A stretch of 48,589 bases of DNA from Candidatus Yanofskybacteria bacterium CG10_big_fil_rev_8_21_14_0_10_46_23 (GTDB taxonomy: Bacteria; Patescibacteriota; Minisyncoccia; 2-02-FULL-40-12; IGHO2-12-FULL-4): NCBI GenBank assembly GCA_002771135.1, contig PCXO01000012.1, positions 21,694 to 70,282 on the forward strand, read 5' to 3'. The notes beneath the pieces were generated by a model. The model saw only the letters and a list, made by a program, of their open reading frames with translations. It was not told the DNA's origin and did not search any database. Position 1 is the stretch's first letter; every line of letters begins with the position of its first letter. Positions 1 to 7,431 of this stretch are shown piece after piece. Made by a program: the position numbers and the translations under genes.

Positions 1-51
1 CAGGTTATTTCGACGTTTACTTTTTTGAACTCCGCGTTTAACTCTTGGCAT
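1..51 (-). CDS. rplT: 50S ribosomal protein L20 (5' part, truncated by window edge)
   Basis: Manual translation MPRVKRGVQKSKRRNNL; follows infC-rpmI in the canonical operon order. Confidence 0.93.
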   Translation of the reverse strand, partial: MPRVKRGVQKSKRRNNL

Positions 52-55
52 GATA

Positions 56-244
56 TTAAATTATCGCTTTAAGGTCTTTAGTTTGATTGTTATCCATTCC
101 GACGAGTCCTCGTTTTTCCCGCGTTTCGTTGCCGTTGGCGCGAGCGTTAAAATGATTCTGCCGGGGCGGGCGATGAAGTAATTTATTTTTGCCCGTAATC
201 TTGACACGTTTTTGGGCCGATCGATTGGATTTTCGTTTGGTCAT
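56..244 (-). CDS. rpmI: 50S ribosomal protein L35
   Basis: 62 aa, basic, KRVKITGKNK and NHFN motifs; lies between infC and rplT. Confidence 0.9.
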   Translation of the reverse strand: MTKRKSNRSAQKRVKITGKNKLLHRPPRQNHFNARANGNETREKRGLVGMDNNQTKDLKAII

Positions 245-245
245 T

Positions 246-785
246 TTATTTTGCCGGGCGGATAATAAAGGCGAAGCCCCGGGGGCTGGGTTTTACTTTT
301 CCGTCAATGACGTAAGACTGAGATATAAAATTGGGGAAGTGCTCAATTCGTTTGCGCGCTTCATCTTGCATCCCTCGTTCGCGACCTTTGAGAAAGATTT
401 CTAGCCGGACGGGGTGGCCTTTCTTCAAAAATCGATCCGCTTGTTGGGCTTTGACCTCCAGATCATGGTCACCCGTTCGAAGGCCAATTCGAACCGTTTT
501 CATCTCTTGGGCGGGGGTACTTTGTTTTTGGCCCTTTTCTTTCTGGCCCTTATCGTACATGTACTTACCGTAGTCGGTAATTTTGACGATGGGGGGGCGA
601 TTGGTCGGGGCAATCTCGACAAGATCGAGGCCTTTCTCGCGAGCCAATTTTAAAGCTTTTGCTGTTTCCATAATCCCCACCTTTTTACCCAATTCATCAA
701 CAACTTGGACTTGGGGGATGCGGATCGACTCATTGACCCGGATAAATTCGCGTTTAAGCTTTTGCTTATATTTTCTTCGTTTCAT
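246..785 (-). CDS. infC: Translation initiation factor IF-3
   Basis: VNESIRIPQV, GLDLVEI..PPIVKI.DYGKY and GDHDL motifs. Confidence 0.96.
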   Translation of the reverse strand: MKRRKYKQKLKREFIRVNESIRIPQVQVVDELGKKVGIMETAKALKLAREKGLDLVEIAPTNRPPIVKITDYGKYMYDKGQKEKGQKQSTPAQEMKTVRIGLRTGDHDLEVKAQQADRFLKKGHPVRLEIFLKGRERGMQDEARKRIEHFPNFISQSYVIDGKVKPSPRGFAFIIRPAK

Positions 786-841
786 CTAATACGAGTTCAA
801 ACCTTAACACAGATTATTTAAAAAATAAAGGGGTTTTAGCT

Positions 842-1318
842 TTAGAGCGAGATACTTTCATCGAGATGGAGATGCCAATAAAATGTCTCTATTTTTCGAG
901 CCGACCTATCCTTATCGTTACTCCCAAAGTTTAAGCTGTGAATGATCGGCGTTCTTGTTTGATCGCTATGACTGATGGCCTTATCGGTATCGATATAAAA
1001 CCCGAGATGATGGTGGGGCTGACCATCTGTCTGGATTTTTTTCTCCCAGAGAATCACGGCTCCGGGTTGGGGGGTATCGATTTTATACCAGCCCGAAGCG
1101 CGCATATCTTTTAGGGTACTTTCGACGGTGGCGTGGGGGTTTTTGATTAGGCCTCTGAACTCAGCTAATTTTCGACTAACAAAGATAGCGCAAGCGACTT
1201 GGCCATCGCGGGCAACATCGATCCAGCGGTTATCTTTTTTCAAATAAAAATGCTGGAAGTCTTTTGAGCCAGCAGAGTTAAGCACAGTTTCAACTAATTT
1301 GTCCTTAAGAGTTAGCAT
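842..1318 (-). CDS. Putative NlpC/P60-CHAP superfamily cysteine hydrolase
   Basis: CAIFVS catalytic-Cys-like motif, PQPGAVILW, and HLGFY followed by a polar residue; no signal peptide. Confidence 0.6.
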   Translation of the reverse strand: MLTLKDKLVETVLNSAGSKDFQHFYLKKDNRWIDVARDGQVACAIFVSRKLAEFRGLIKNPHATVESTLKDMRASGWYKIDTPQPGAVILWEKKIQTDGQPHHHLGFYIDTDKAISHSDQTRTPIIHSLNFGSNDKDRSARKIETFYWHLHLDESISL

Positions 1319-1326
1319 CAGGCGGG

Positions 1327-1359
1327 CCCGGGGAGACGACTTCTCGTCGTCTCCCCGGG
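1327..1359. terminator. GC-rich hairpin
   Basis: CCCGGGGAGACGAC-TTCTC-GTCGTCTCCCCGGG, a 14-bp stem directly after the stop of 1361..1675; no U-tract. Confidence 0.55.
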
Positions 1360-1360
1360 G

Positions 1361-1675
1361 TTAGTCTTGTCGATAAGGGGGCCAAGGTCGTCTCCGGTGG
1401 AGACCGCGAGGGATGGTCTCCAGAAGGTTCAGAAGGGTAACCCGAATCTTCTCATGTTCTGGTCGCTGGGCGTTCAGAACCCAACGGAGAAGATTGTCGA
1501 GCCAGACGCACAAAATTTTCTGGCTTTGGCCGGGTTCGACTTCTTCGAAATCCAACACGAAGTCGAGGATGCCCCGGCAAAATCGACATTGACAAGGATT
1601 GGCTTCCAGTCGAGCCCGGAAGCCGAGAATCCTTTCGGGCAGATCGGGAGGCGAGTGAATCGCTTGCAACTCCAT
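1361..1675 (-). CDS. Hypothetical protein with a CxCxxC cluster
   Basis: AAGGAG SD-like motif upstream, AT-rich promoter region, hairpin after the stop. Confidence 0.6.
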   Translation of the reverse strand: MELQAIHSPPDLPERILGFRARLEANPCQCRFCRGILDFVLDFEEVEPGQSQKILCVWLDNLLRWVLNAQRPEHEKIRVTLLNLLETIPRGLHRRRPWPPYRQD

Positions 1676-1830
1676 GGCCGGTCTCCTTTCTTTGAACTAT
1701 CTAATCTTAATTTTTTAAATATTAAATTCAACCCCAACTTATGAAGGTTTGACCCCGTCTTACTAAGGGGCTAGAATATTCCCAATAATCACCAATTGTT
1801 TGAACAAAATAATCATGATTGGTTTTAAGT

Positions 1831-2001
1831 ATGAAGGAATTAACTTGTATGTGCGGGCACAAGACTTCCGGCGAGGATCGTTATATGGTTGAAGCTCAGA
1901 TGTGGTATCACGCCATGAGCGAGCATCTTGAGATCATGAAAGACATGTCCGTTGAAGATATTGCCAAGTGGTTGAAAGACAAAGACGAGAAACTAGCCTA
2001 A
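1831..2001 (+). CDS. Small DUF1059-like putative metal-binding protein
   Basis: MKELTCMCGH...HAMSEH pattern; promoter TTGACC-17-TAGAAT at 1749-1777; ATG 1831 preferred. Confidence 0.65.
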   Translation: MKELTCMCGHKTSGEDRYMVEAQMWYHAMSEHLEIMKDMSVEDIAKWLKDKDEKLA

Positions 2002-2015
2002 GTCAGTTGTCTAAC

Positions 2016-2696
2016 CTAAAACCCGGGATCAGGAAGCGTCTGGTCTTGCCAGTCAGCGATCGTGTCGGTATCGATTTTAGGGTCAATTCGACCCAATGAG
2101 TGACCCTCAATTACCCCCGGCAGGCTGGGGTCAAAGACGGCCGAGTTTGCGCCCCAACTGAGTGAATCGACAACTTCTCCAATCGGATTTTTTAAATAGA
2201 GGGCATCGCCAGAATTGCTGAGACCGTTGCCGATCGGGTTGTTTAAAATAATCAATAAAGTCTCGCCGGGCCAACCCCAAAAGCCAGCCGTTGAGCCACT
2301 CTTGGTGATGAGGGCATATTGCCCGGAAGCGAGGAGCAATTCGGGGAGGGTATCGGTTAGGCTCGAGTCGGCGATCTGCCAGTCTTTTAGATTGATAATT
2401 TGATCGGTGCCGTTGTAGAGTTCGACCCACTCATTGTCGGCCTCAGTGCCATGGGTCGAGTCAACATCATAGTAAACCTCGGTAATTAAAAGTTTGCCAT
2501 CTGGTTCCGGGTTCGGCTCGGGCTCAACCGAAAGGCAACGAGCTGGCAAGTTTAAAAGATGCTGGTTGGTCATGACTCGACAGAACAAATTTTGACCGAA
2601 GGCCGATTTTAGGAGGGGAGTCTCAAAAACTTTGGCCTGGCTAATGAGAGGCAGAGCGAGGAGCGTAAGAAAGCTAAGGATAATTTTCTTTTTCAT
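2016..2696 (-). CDS. Secreted lamin-tail-domain (LTD) protein
   Basis: Signal peptide; LLITEVYYD, EWVELYN, LSNSGD.LYL and VDSLSW motifs. Confidence 0.85.
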   Translation of the reverse strand: MKKKIILSFLTLLALPLISQAKVFETPLLKSAFGQNLFCRVMTNQHLLNLPARCLSVEPEPNPEPDGKLLITEVYYDVDSTHGTEADNEWVELYNGTDQIINLKDWQIADSSLTDTLPELLLASGQYALITKSGSTAGFWGWPGETLLIILNNPIGNGLSNSGDALYLKNPIGEVVDSLSWGANSAVFDPSLPGVIEGHSLGRIDPKIDTDTIADWQDQTLPDPGF

Positions 2697-2787
2697 ATAA
2701 ACATTTTATCAAACTGAGCCGAGGCAGATTAAGTTGACTAGTCTCAAATTATTCAGTATTCTATAGCCAGTAGACAGGAGGTGCTCT

Positions 2788-3234
2788 TTGAAAATCAAAA
2801 ATGTTTTTCTTGCTGGAGCGATGTTCTTCTTTTTTTGGGCCTGTCCCCTGGTGGCTCAAATTGAGTCAGGCGACAGTGCCTATGACCGTTTTGTTTGTTA
2901 TCGATTCGAGAAAAAAACTCGGATCGAAAAGGAGATGGTTATTCGGCACTATGCCGAAAAGATCAAGGAAAGATTCTTCAAACTTCCGCGACTCAAGCCG
3001 AGTCAGGAAGCCAAGAGAATCGAGGAGCGGAAGTGTCTTAAAAGCAATCCGGAGTTTTGGCCGATCCTGATTGCGGAGCTTGAGAAGTGGGTTGGAACAC
3101 TGGATCAAGCCAGTATCAGCCCGACTAGCTTTATCTCATTAGGTCAGCGAGACGAGCTGTCTCAAGTGGCGGCCCGACTCGATTTATTGGTGGTCATTTT
3201 AAGAACGGCCGAGCCACCAATTTCGAAGAACTGA
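2788..3234 (+). CDS. Hypothetical secreted protein
   Basis: AGGAGG SD, TTGACT..TATTCT promoter, signal-peptide-like N-terminus, terminator at ~3258-3282. Confidence 0.65.
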   Translation: MKIKNVFLAGAMFFFFWACPLVAQIESGDSAYDRFVCYRFEKKTRIEKEMVIRHYAEKIKERFFKLPRLKPSQEAKRIEERKCLKSNPEFWPILIAELEKWVGTLDQASISPTSFISLGQRDELSQVAARLDLLVVILRTAEPPISKN

Positions 3235-3375
3235 ATCCGAACAGTCTTGGTTCTTTACCGAGGGTTCATCCTCGGTTTTTTGTTGCAAATAAAAACCTCC
3301 GGTGGGATTTAACCGCTAGGGATTTATAGAAACCTAAGCGAAGAGTTCGAAGTAAATAAATTTTTATCCCGTTGC

Positions 3376-3415
3376 CCAAAATCAAAGGCCCCCGCGCGGG
3401 GGCCTTTGATTTTGG
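3376..3415. terminator. Perfect 40-bp palindrome at the tmRNA 3' end
   Basis: CCAAAATCAAAGGCCCCCGC|GCGGGGGCCTTTGATTTTGG, overlapping the ssrA CCA. Confidence 0.75.
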
Positions 3416-3766
3416 TGGAGATGGTGGGAGTCGAACCCACGTGTAATAGGGCTATCAACGATGATCTACACGCTTAGTCATATCTGATTTCGACACAGCT
3501 AGGGATACGACACCATCACTGCGACGCTACTTTTTGTTTTTCAGCTCAGATTTGGAAAGCATTGGAAACAAATCGGAGATATAACTCGCTGATTGGCGCT
3601 CTGTTAGCGTAGTGAGTATCGGCTAGAGAGCGAAGAGTTAAGCGTAAGCTAACCCTTGGTTGTAGTTACTGTTTGCAACTAAAATTTTGAATCTTGTTTA
3701 AAGTGAGGGACTCTCTCACTGCGTGCCCATCTGTTAATTTGCTATTATCGAATCCGGGACATCCCC
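3413..3766 (-). ncRNA. ssrA: tmRNA; tag peptide ANSNYNQGLAYA* (3638-3676)
   Basis: 5' GGGGATG pairs with 3' CATCTCC-ACCA including a G3:U wobble; T-arm GTGGGTTCGACTCCCAC; resume codon GCA; adjacent to smpB. Confidence 0.96.
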
Positions 3767-3800
3767 GATAACATGCATTATAGCATATTTCTTATTAAAA

Positions 3801-4247
3801 TCAATCGATTTCGACAGTTTGACGAATCGTTCTTTCCGCTTCCCGTTTTTTAATGGCTTCACGCTTGTCGTGCTTTTTCTTGCCTCGACCTAAGCCGATT
3901 TCTAGTTTTATGAGGCCCCGCTTGCTGTAGAGAGACAGTGGGACAATACTCATGCCCGCTTCCTGCGCGCGACCGACGAGGCGGTTTAACTCTTGGGCCC
4001 GCAGAAGGAGTTTTCGAGAACGCTGGGCATCGTAAGCGTTGGTTATATTCTGGGGTTGATAGGGGGGGATGGTCGCCCCAATTAACCAGAGTTCATTGTC
4101 GACAGCCTTAATAAAGGTTCCACGGATGGAACCCTTCCCCGTCTTGATCGATTTGACCTCATGGCCTAGAAGCATAACCCCCGCCTCAAAGCGCTCTAAA
4201 ATTTCAAAATCGCGTAAGGCCTGAGGATTTTTGGCGTAACTGGGCAT
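3801..4247 (-). CDS. smpB: SsrA-binding protein
   Basis: EAGVML.GHEVKSI, RSRKLLL and GRGKKKHDKRE motifs. Confidence 0.97.
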   Translation of the reverse strand: MPSYAKNPQALRDFEILERFEAGVMLLGHEVKSIKTGKGSIRGTFIKAVDNELWLIGATIPPYQPQNITNAYDAQRSRKLLLRAQELNRLVGRAQEAGMSIVPLSLYSKRGLIKLEIGLGRGKKKHDKREAIKKREAERTIRQTVEID

Positions 4248-5303
4248 CTACTTTCGTTCGGTTAGGCGAACGTTAATCTTCTGTTTTTTACCGCTTCGGA
4301 GAGTGGTTAGGCTGATCAAGTCGCCAACGTCATGTTTTTGAATCACCTCTGAGAAATCAGATTTTTCGTCGAGCGTTTCGTCATTAATAGCTAAAATTAT
4401 ATCGTGTTGTTTAATACCGGCGCGATCAGCGGGAGAATGGGGGGCAACGGCGTGGCTTCCGGGAATATGGTCTTGAATTACCAGTGCCCCCTTGTCGCTA
4501 GCTAGGCTGTATCGTTCTTTTATTTCGGGGCTGAGCATGACGTAACGGATACCGATGTAGGGTTGGATGATCCGGCCGAACTTTTCTAAATCTGTTAAGT
4601 CTTTATGAGCGCGTTCAATCGGGATAGCAAAGCCAATGTTCTGAGCGCCAAAAATCACGGCGGTGTTGATGCCGATAACTTCGCCCGCCAAGTTCAGAAG
4701 TGGTCCCCCCGAGTTGCCCTGATTAATGGCCACATCGGTTTGGATTACCCCTCGGAGGCGCTCCATCTCCTGTTGGGGCCCCTCGCCAAGAGCGGCGGAG
4801 ATTTGACGGGACAGGCCGGAGACAACCCCCTTGGAGACCGTATTAGAAAAAAGTCCCAAGGCATTGCCAATGGCAATGACAGTTTGACCGGGCTGGACTT
4901 GGGCGGTCGTGCCTAATGGGATTGTTGGCAGGTTCGTCGCCTTGATCTTCAAGATGGCAATATCATTGACCGGGTCGCGGGTCAAAACTTGAGCGGGATA
5001 TTTTTTGTCGTCGCTGAGAGAGACGATAAAATCAGCCTGAGCGTCAAAAACAACATGTTTATTGGTCAAAATTAGGCCGTCTTTTCGAACCAAAAAACCC
5101 GAACCGCCCCCGACCGTGACCCTTTGATTTTTGCCGACATCTAAGGTTGGCCCCCCAAAGTCGGGCGGGACAACTCCTTGGAGTGTTGGCTCGAAGGGAT
5201 TGTCTTTTTTTATTTGAGAGGCGAATTTAGAGGCAATAACGCTGACCACGGCCGGGGAATATTTTTTGACGACGCGGATAGTCGATTGTTCTTGGCTGTC
5301 CAT
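4248..5303 (-). CDS. htrA: HtrA/DegQ-family serine protease with one PDZ domain and no signal peptide or TM anchor
   Basis: GSGF, TNKHVV, DIAILK and QTDVAINQGNSGGPL motifs; C-terminal PDZ (SPADRAGIK..DII). Confidence 0.93.
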   Translation of the reverse strand: MDSQEQSTIRVVKKYSPAVVSVIASKFASQIKKDNPFEPTLQGVVPPDFGGPTLDVGKNQRVTVGGGSGFLVRKDGLILTNKHVVFDAQADFIVSLSDDKKYPAQVLTRDPVNDIAILKIKATNLPTIPLGTTAQVQPGQTVIAIGNALGLFSNTVSKGVVSGLSRQISAALGEGPQQEMERLRGVIQTDVAINQGNSGGPLLNLAGEVIGINTAVIFGAQNIGFAIPIERAHKDLTDLEKFGRIIQPYIGIRYVMLSPEIKERYSLASDKGALVIQDHIPGSHAVAPHSPADRAGIKQHDIILAINDETLDEKSDFSEVIQKHDVGDLISLTTLRSGKKQKINVRLTERK

Positions 5304-5364
5304 AATCTTTGCCTAAGTATATCGCATATAGAAAAATGTGCCTAGAATAGTATACTGGAGAGCG

Positions 5365-7023
5365 ATGTTTTCTTTTCGAGAAAAAATTCAGACCTTTTTA
5401 AAGCCCTTAAGCCAAGGGGTTGATTTCGAGGTAACCTATCCTCGACCCGAGTTCGGCCATTACGCAACCAATGTGGCTTTTCTGCGGGCGAAACAAGGGG
5501 GGGGCGCGCCGAATGAGATCGCTCAGGAAATTATTACCGCTTTGCGGGCGGATCCAGTCTCACAGAATTTTTTTGGGGAACTTTCCGTGGCCGGCCCCGG
5601 GTTTATTAACATGAAGCTTGCCCAGTCGGCTTTAAACCAAGGGCTGAAGGATTTGGTTCTTGGAGACTTGGCTAATTTTGGTCAAAATAATTTTGGTGGA
5701 GGGAAGAAAGTTAATTTGGAATTCATCTCCGCCAACCCGACCGGGCCCTTGGTGGTTGTCGCGGGTCGAGCCGCGGCCTATGGCGATGCCCTTGCTCGAA
5801 TCTTGGATTTTTCCGGCTTTAAAGTTACTCGGGAATATTTTATTAATGATGCCGGTCGGCAGGTGGATATTTTAGGCCGATCGGTAGCGCGTCGCTATCA
5901 GGAGTCGGCCGGATTAAAAGTTGATTTTCCAGATGATTTTTACCAGGGTGACTATGTTGTCCAAATTGCTAAAGACCTCCAAGAGTCCGGAATTTTTTCA
6001 GGCTCAGTCGAGGATTTTGAGGACCTAGCTAAGGTGGCCCAAGATTTTGCGATAGAGAAAATCATTAACCAAATTAAAGAGACGACGGAAAAGTTTGGAA
6101 TCAAATTTGACAATTGGTTTTCAGAAAGGAAAGAGCTTCAAGACTCGGGCAAAGTGACGGCAGTTTTAAAGGAACTGACGGCGGCGGGTCATACGTATGA
6201 AGAGGGGGGGGCGGTTTGGTTTACCGGAACAAAATTTGGGTTAGAACAAGATATTGTCGTCCGGCGTTCAGGTGAGACTCAAATGACCACTTATATCGCT
6301 TCTGATTTTGCTTACGCCAAAAGCAAGGCGGAACGCGGGTTTGATTTAAATATTTATCTTTTTGGGGCCGATCATCACGGCGATGTGCCGCGGGTCTATG
6401 CGGGGGTTGAAGCTCTTGGTCTTGGTCGGGAGAAATTTAAAATTATTTTACATCAGATGGTTCTTTTGAAGAAGGGCGAGACCTTGGTGCGGATGTCTAA
6501 GCGAAAAGGGGAGGTTATTTTTTTAGCGGATCTTCTTCAGGAAGTGCCGGTTGATGTTGTGCGTTTTTTCTTTTTAATGCAATCATTGGACACGCAAACC
6601 GAGTTTGATCTGGATTTGGCTAAGGAGCTGTCAAACAAAAATCCGGTTTATTATGCCCAATATGCTCAGGCGCGGGTCCGAAGTATTGAGAAAAAGATTG
6701 TCGCGGGCGGACTCTCTTGGCGGGATCAGGTTCTCGGAGAGCTAGATCAGCCCGGTCAAGAATTGGTTGTGGAGATTTATCGATTTCCCGAGGTCATCGA
6801 GGCTATCGCCAAGGATTTGCAGGTTCATCGGCTGACAACTTATATTTCCGAATTGGCGGGGAAAGTGCACCACTTCTATGACAATCATCGAATTTTAACC
6901 GGTCGAGAGGAAGTTGTTTTTGAGACTGATGGTCCCGGCAACATGGCGGTCCTTTGGGCTAGCGCCGAAGTTTTGAAAAAAGCCCTAACGCTTCTGGGGG
7001 TTTCGACGCCGGAGCAGATGTAG
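5365..7023 (+). CDS. argS: Arginine-tRNA ligase
   Basis: EFISANPTGPL, MSKRKG and NPVYYAQYA motifs; ATG 5365 preferred over GTG 5338. Confidence 0.96.
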   Translation: MFSFREKIQTFLKPLSQGVDFEVTYPRPEFGHYATNVAFLRAKQGGGAPNEIAQEIITALRADPVSQNFFGELSVAGPGFINMKLAQSALNQGLKDLVLGDLANFGQNNFGGGKKVNLEFISANPTGPLVVVAGRAAAYGDALARILDFSGFKVTREYFINDAGRQVDILGRSVARRYQESAGLKVDFPDDFYQGDYVVQIAKDLQESGIFSGSVEDFEDLAKVAQDFAIEKIINQIKETTEKFGIKFDNWFSERKELQDSGKVTAVLKELTAAGHTYEEGGAVWFTGTKFGLEQDIVVRRSGETQMTTYIASDFAYAKSKAERGFDLNIYLFGADHHGDVPRVYAGVEALGLGREKFKIILHQMVLLKKGETLVRMSKRKGEVIFLADLLQEVPVDVVRFFFLMQSLDTQTEFDLDLAKELSNKNPVYYAQYAQARVRSIEKKIVAGGLSWRDQVLGELDQPGQELVVEIYRFPEVIEAIAKDLQVHRLTTYISELAGKVHHFYDNHRILTGREEVVFETDGPGNMAVLWASAEVLKKALTLLGVSTPEQM

Positions 7024-7410
7024 TCCCGCGACGGTTAATCCCCCAAGGGTATCCATCAGGAGATCTTCAATGGTGTCGGCCAAGTTTCCAATAAATTGAG
7101 CCTTAATCTGGAAAAAATTTTGGAATGGTTGAGCAAGGGTTTGGCTGGCGATGAACTCGCCAAACTCCCAAAGAACCCCGATGCCCATGGTCATCCCCAA
7201 AAGAGCAAAGAATTGAAACGGTTGAGAATTTTTAGCAAACTCGCTATCGTAATAGGATAAAAGGAGCAGGGCGATGAAGAGGCCGCCTAAATAGTGAAGG
7301 AGGGTATCAAACCAATCGAATCGAAGATACCAACCGAAAGTCCAGCCGAGGATGACGTTGAGACTGAAAATAAGGGCAAGTCCGATAATGGCAACAAAAG
7401 TTAAACGCAT
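6985..7410 (-). CDS. Four-TM membrane protein (VanZ/DUF2238-like)
   Basis: WFDTLLHYLGG, GVLWEFGEF and DTIEDLLMDTLGG motifs. Confidence 0.75.
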   Translation of the reverse strand: MRLTFVAIIGLALIFSLNVILGWTFGWYLRFDWFDTLLHYLGGLFIALLLLSYYDSEFAKNSQPFQFFALLGMTMGIGVLWEFGEFIASQTLAQPFQNFFQIKAQFIGNLADTIEDLLMDTLGGLTVAGLHLLRRRNPQKR

Positions 7411-7431
7411 GAAGCTATCTTAGGGGTTTAT

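Noticed and set aside
3235-3412. Integrative element at the tmRNA 3' end
   Set aside because: No integrase and no duplicated ssrA 3' end seen in the window
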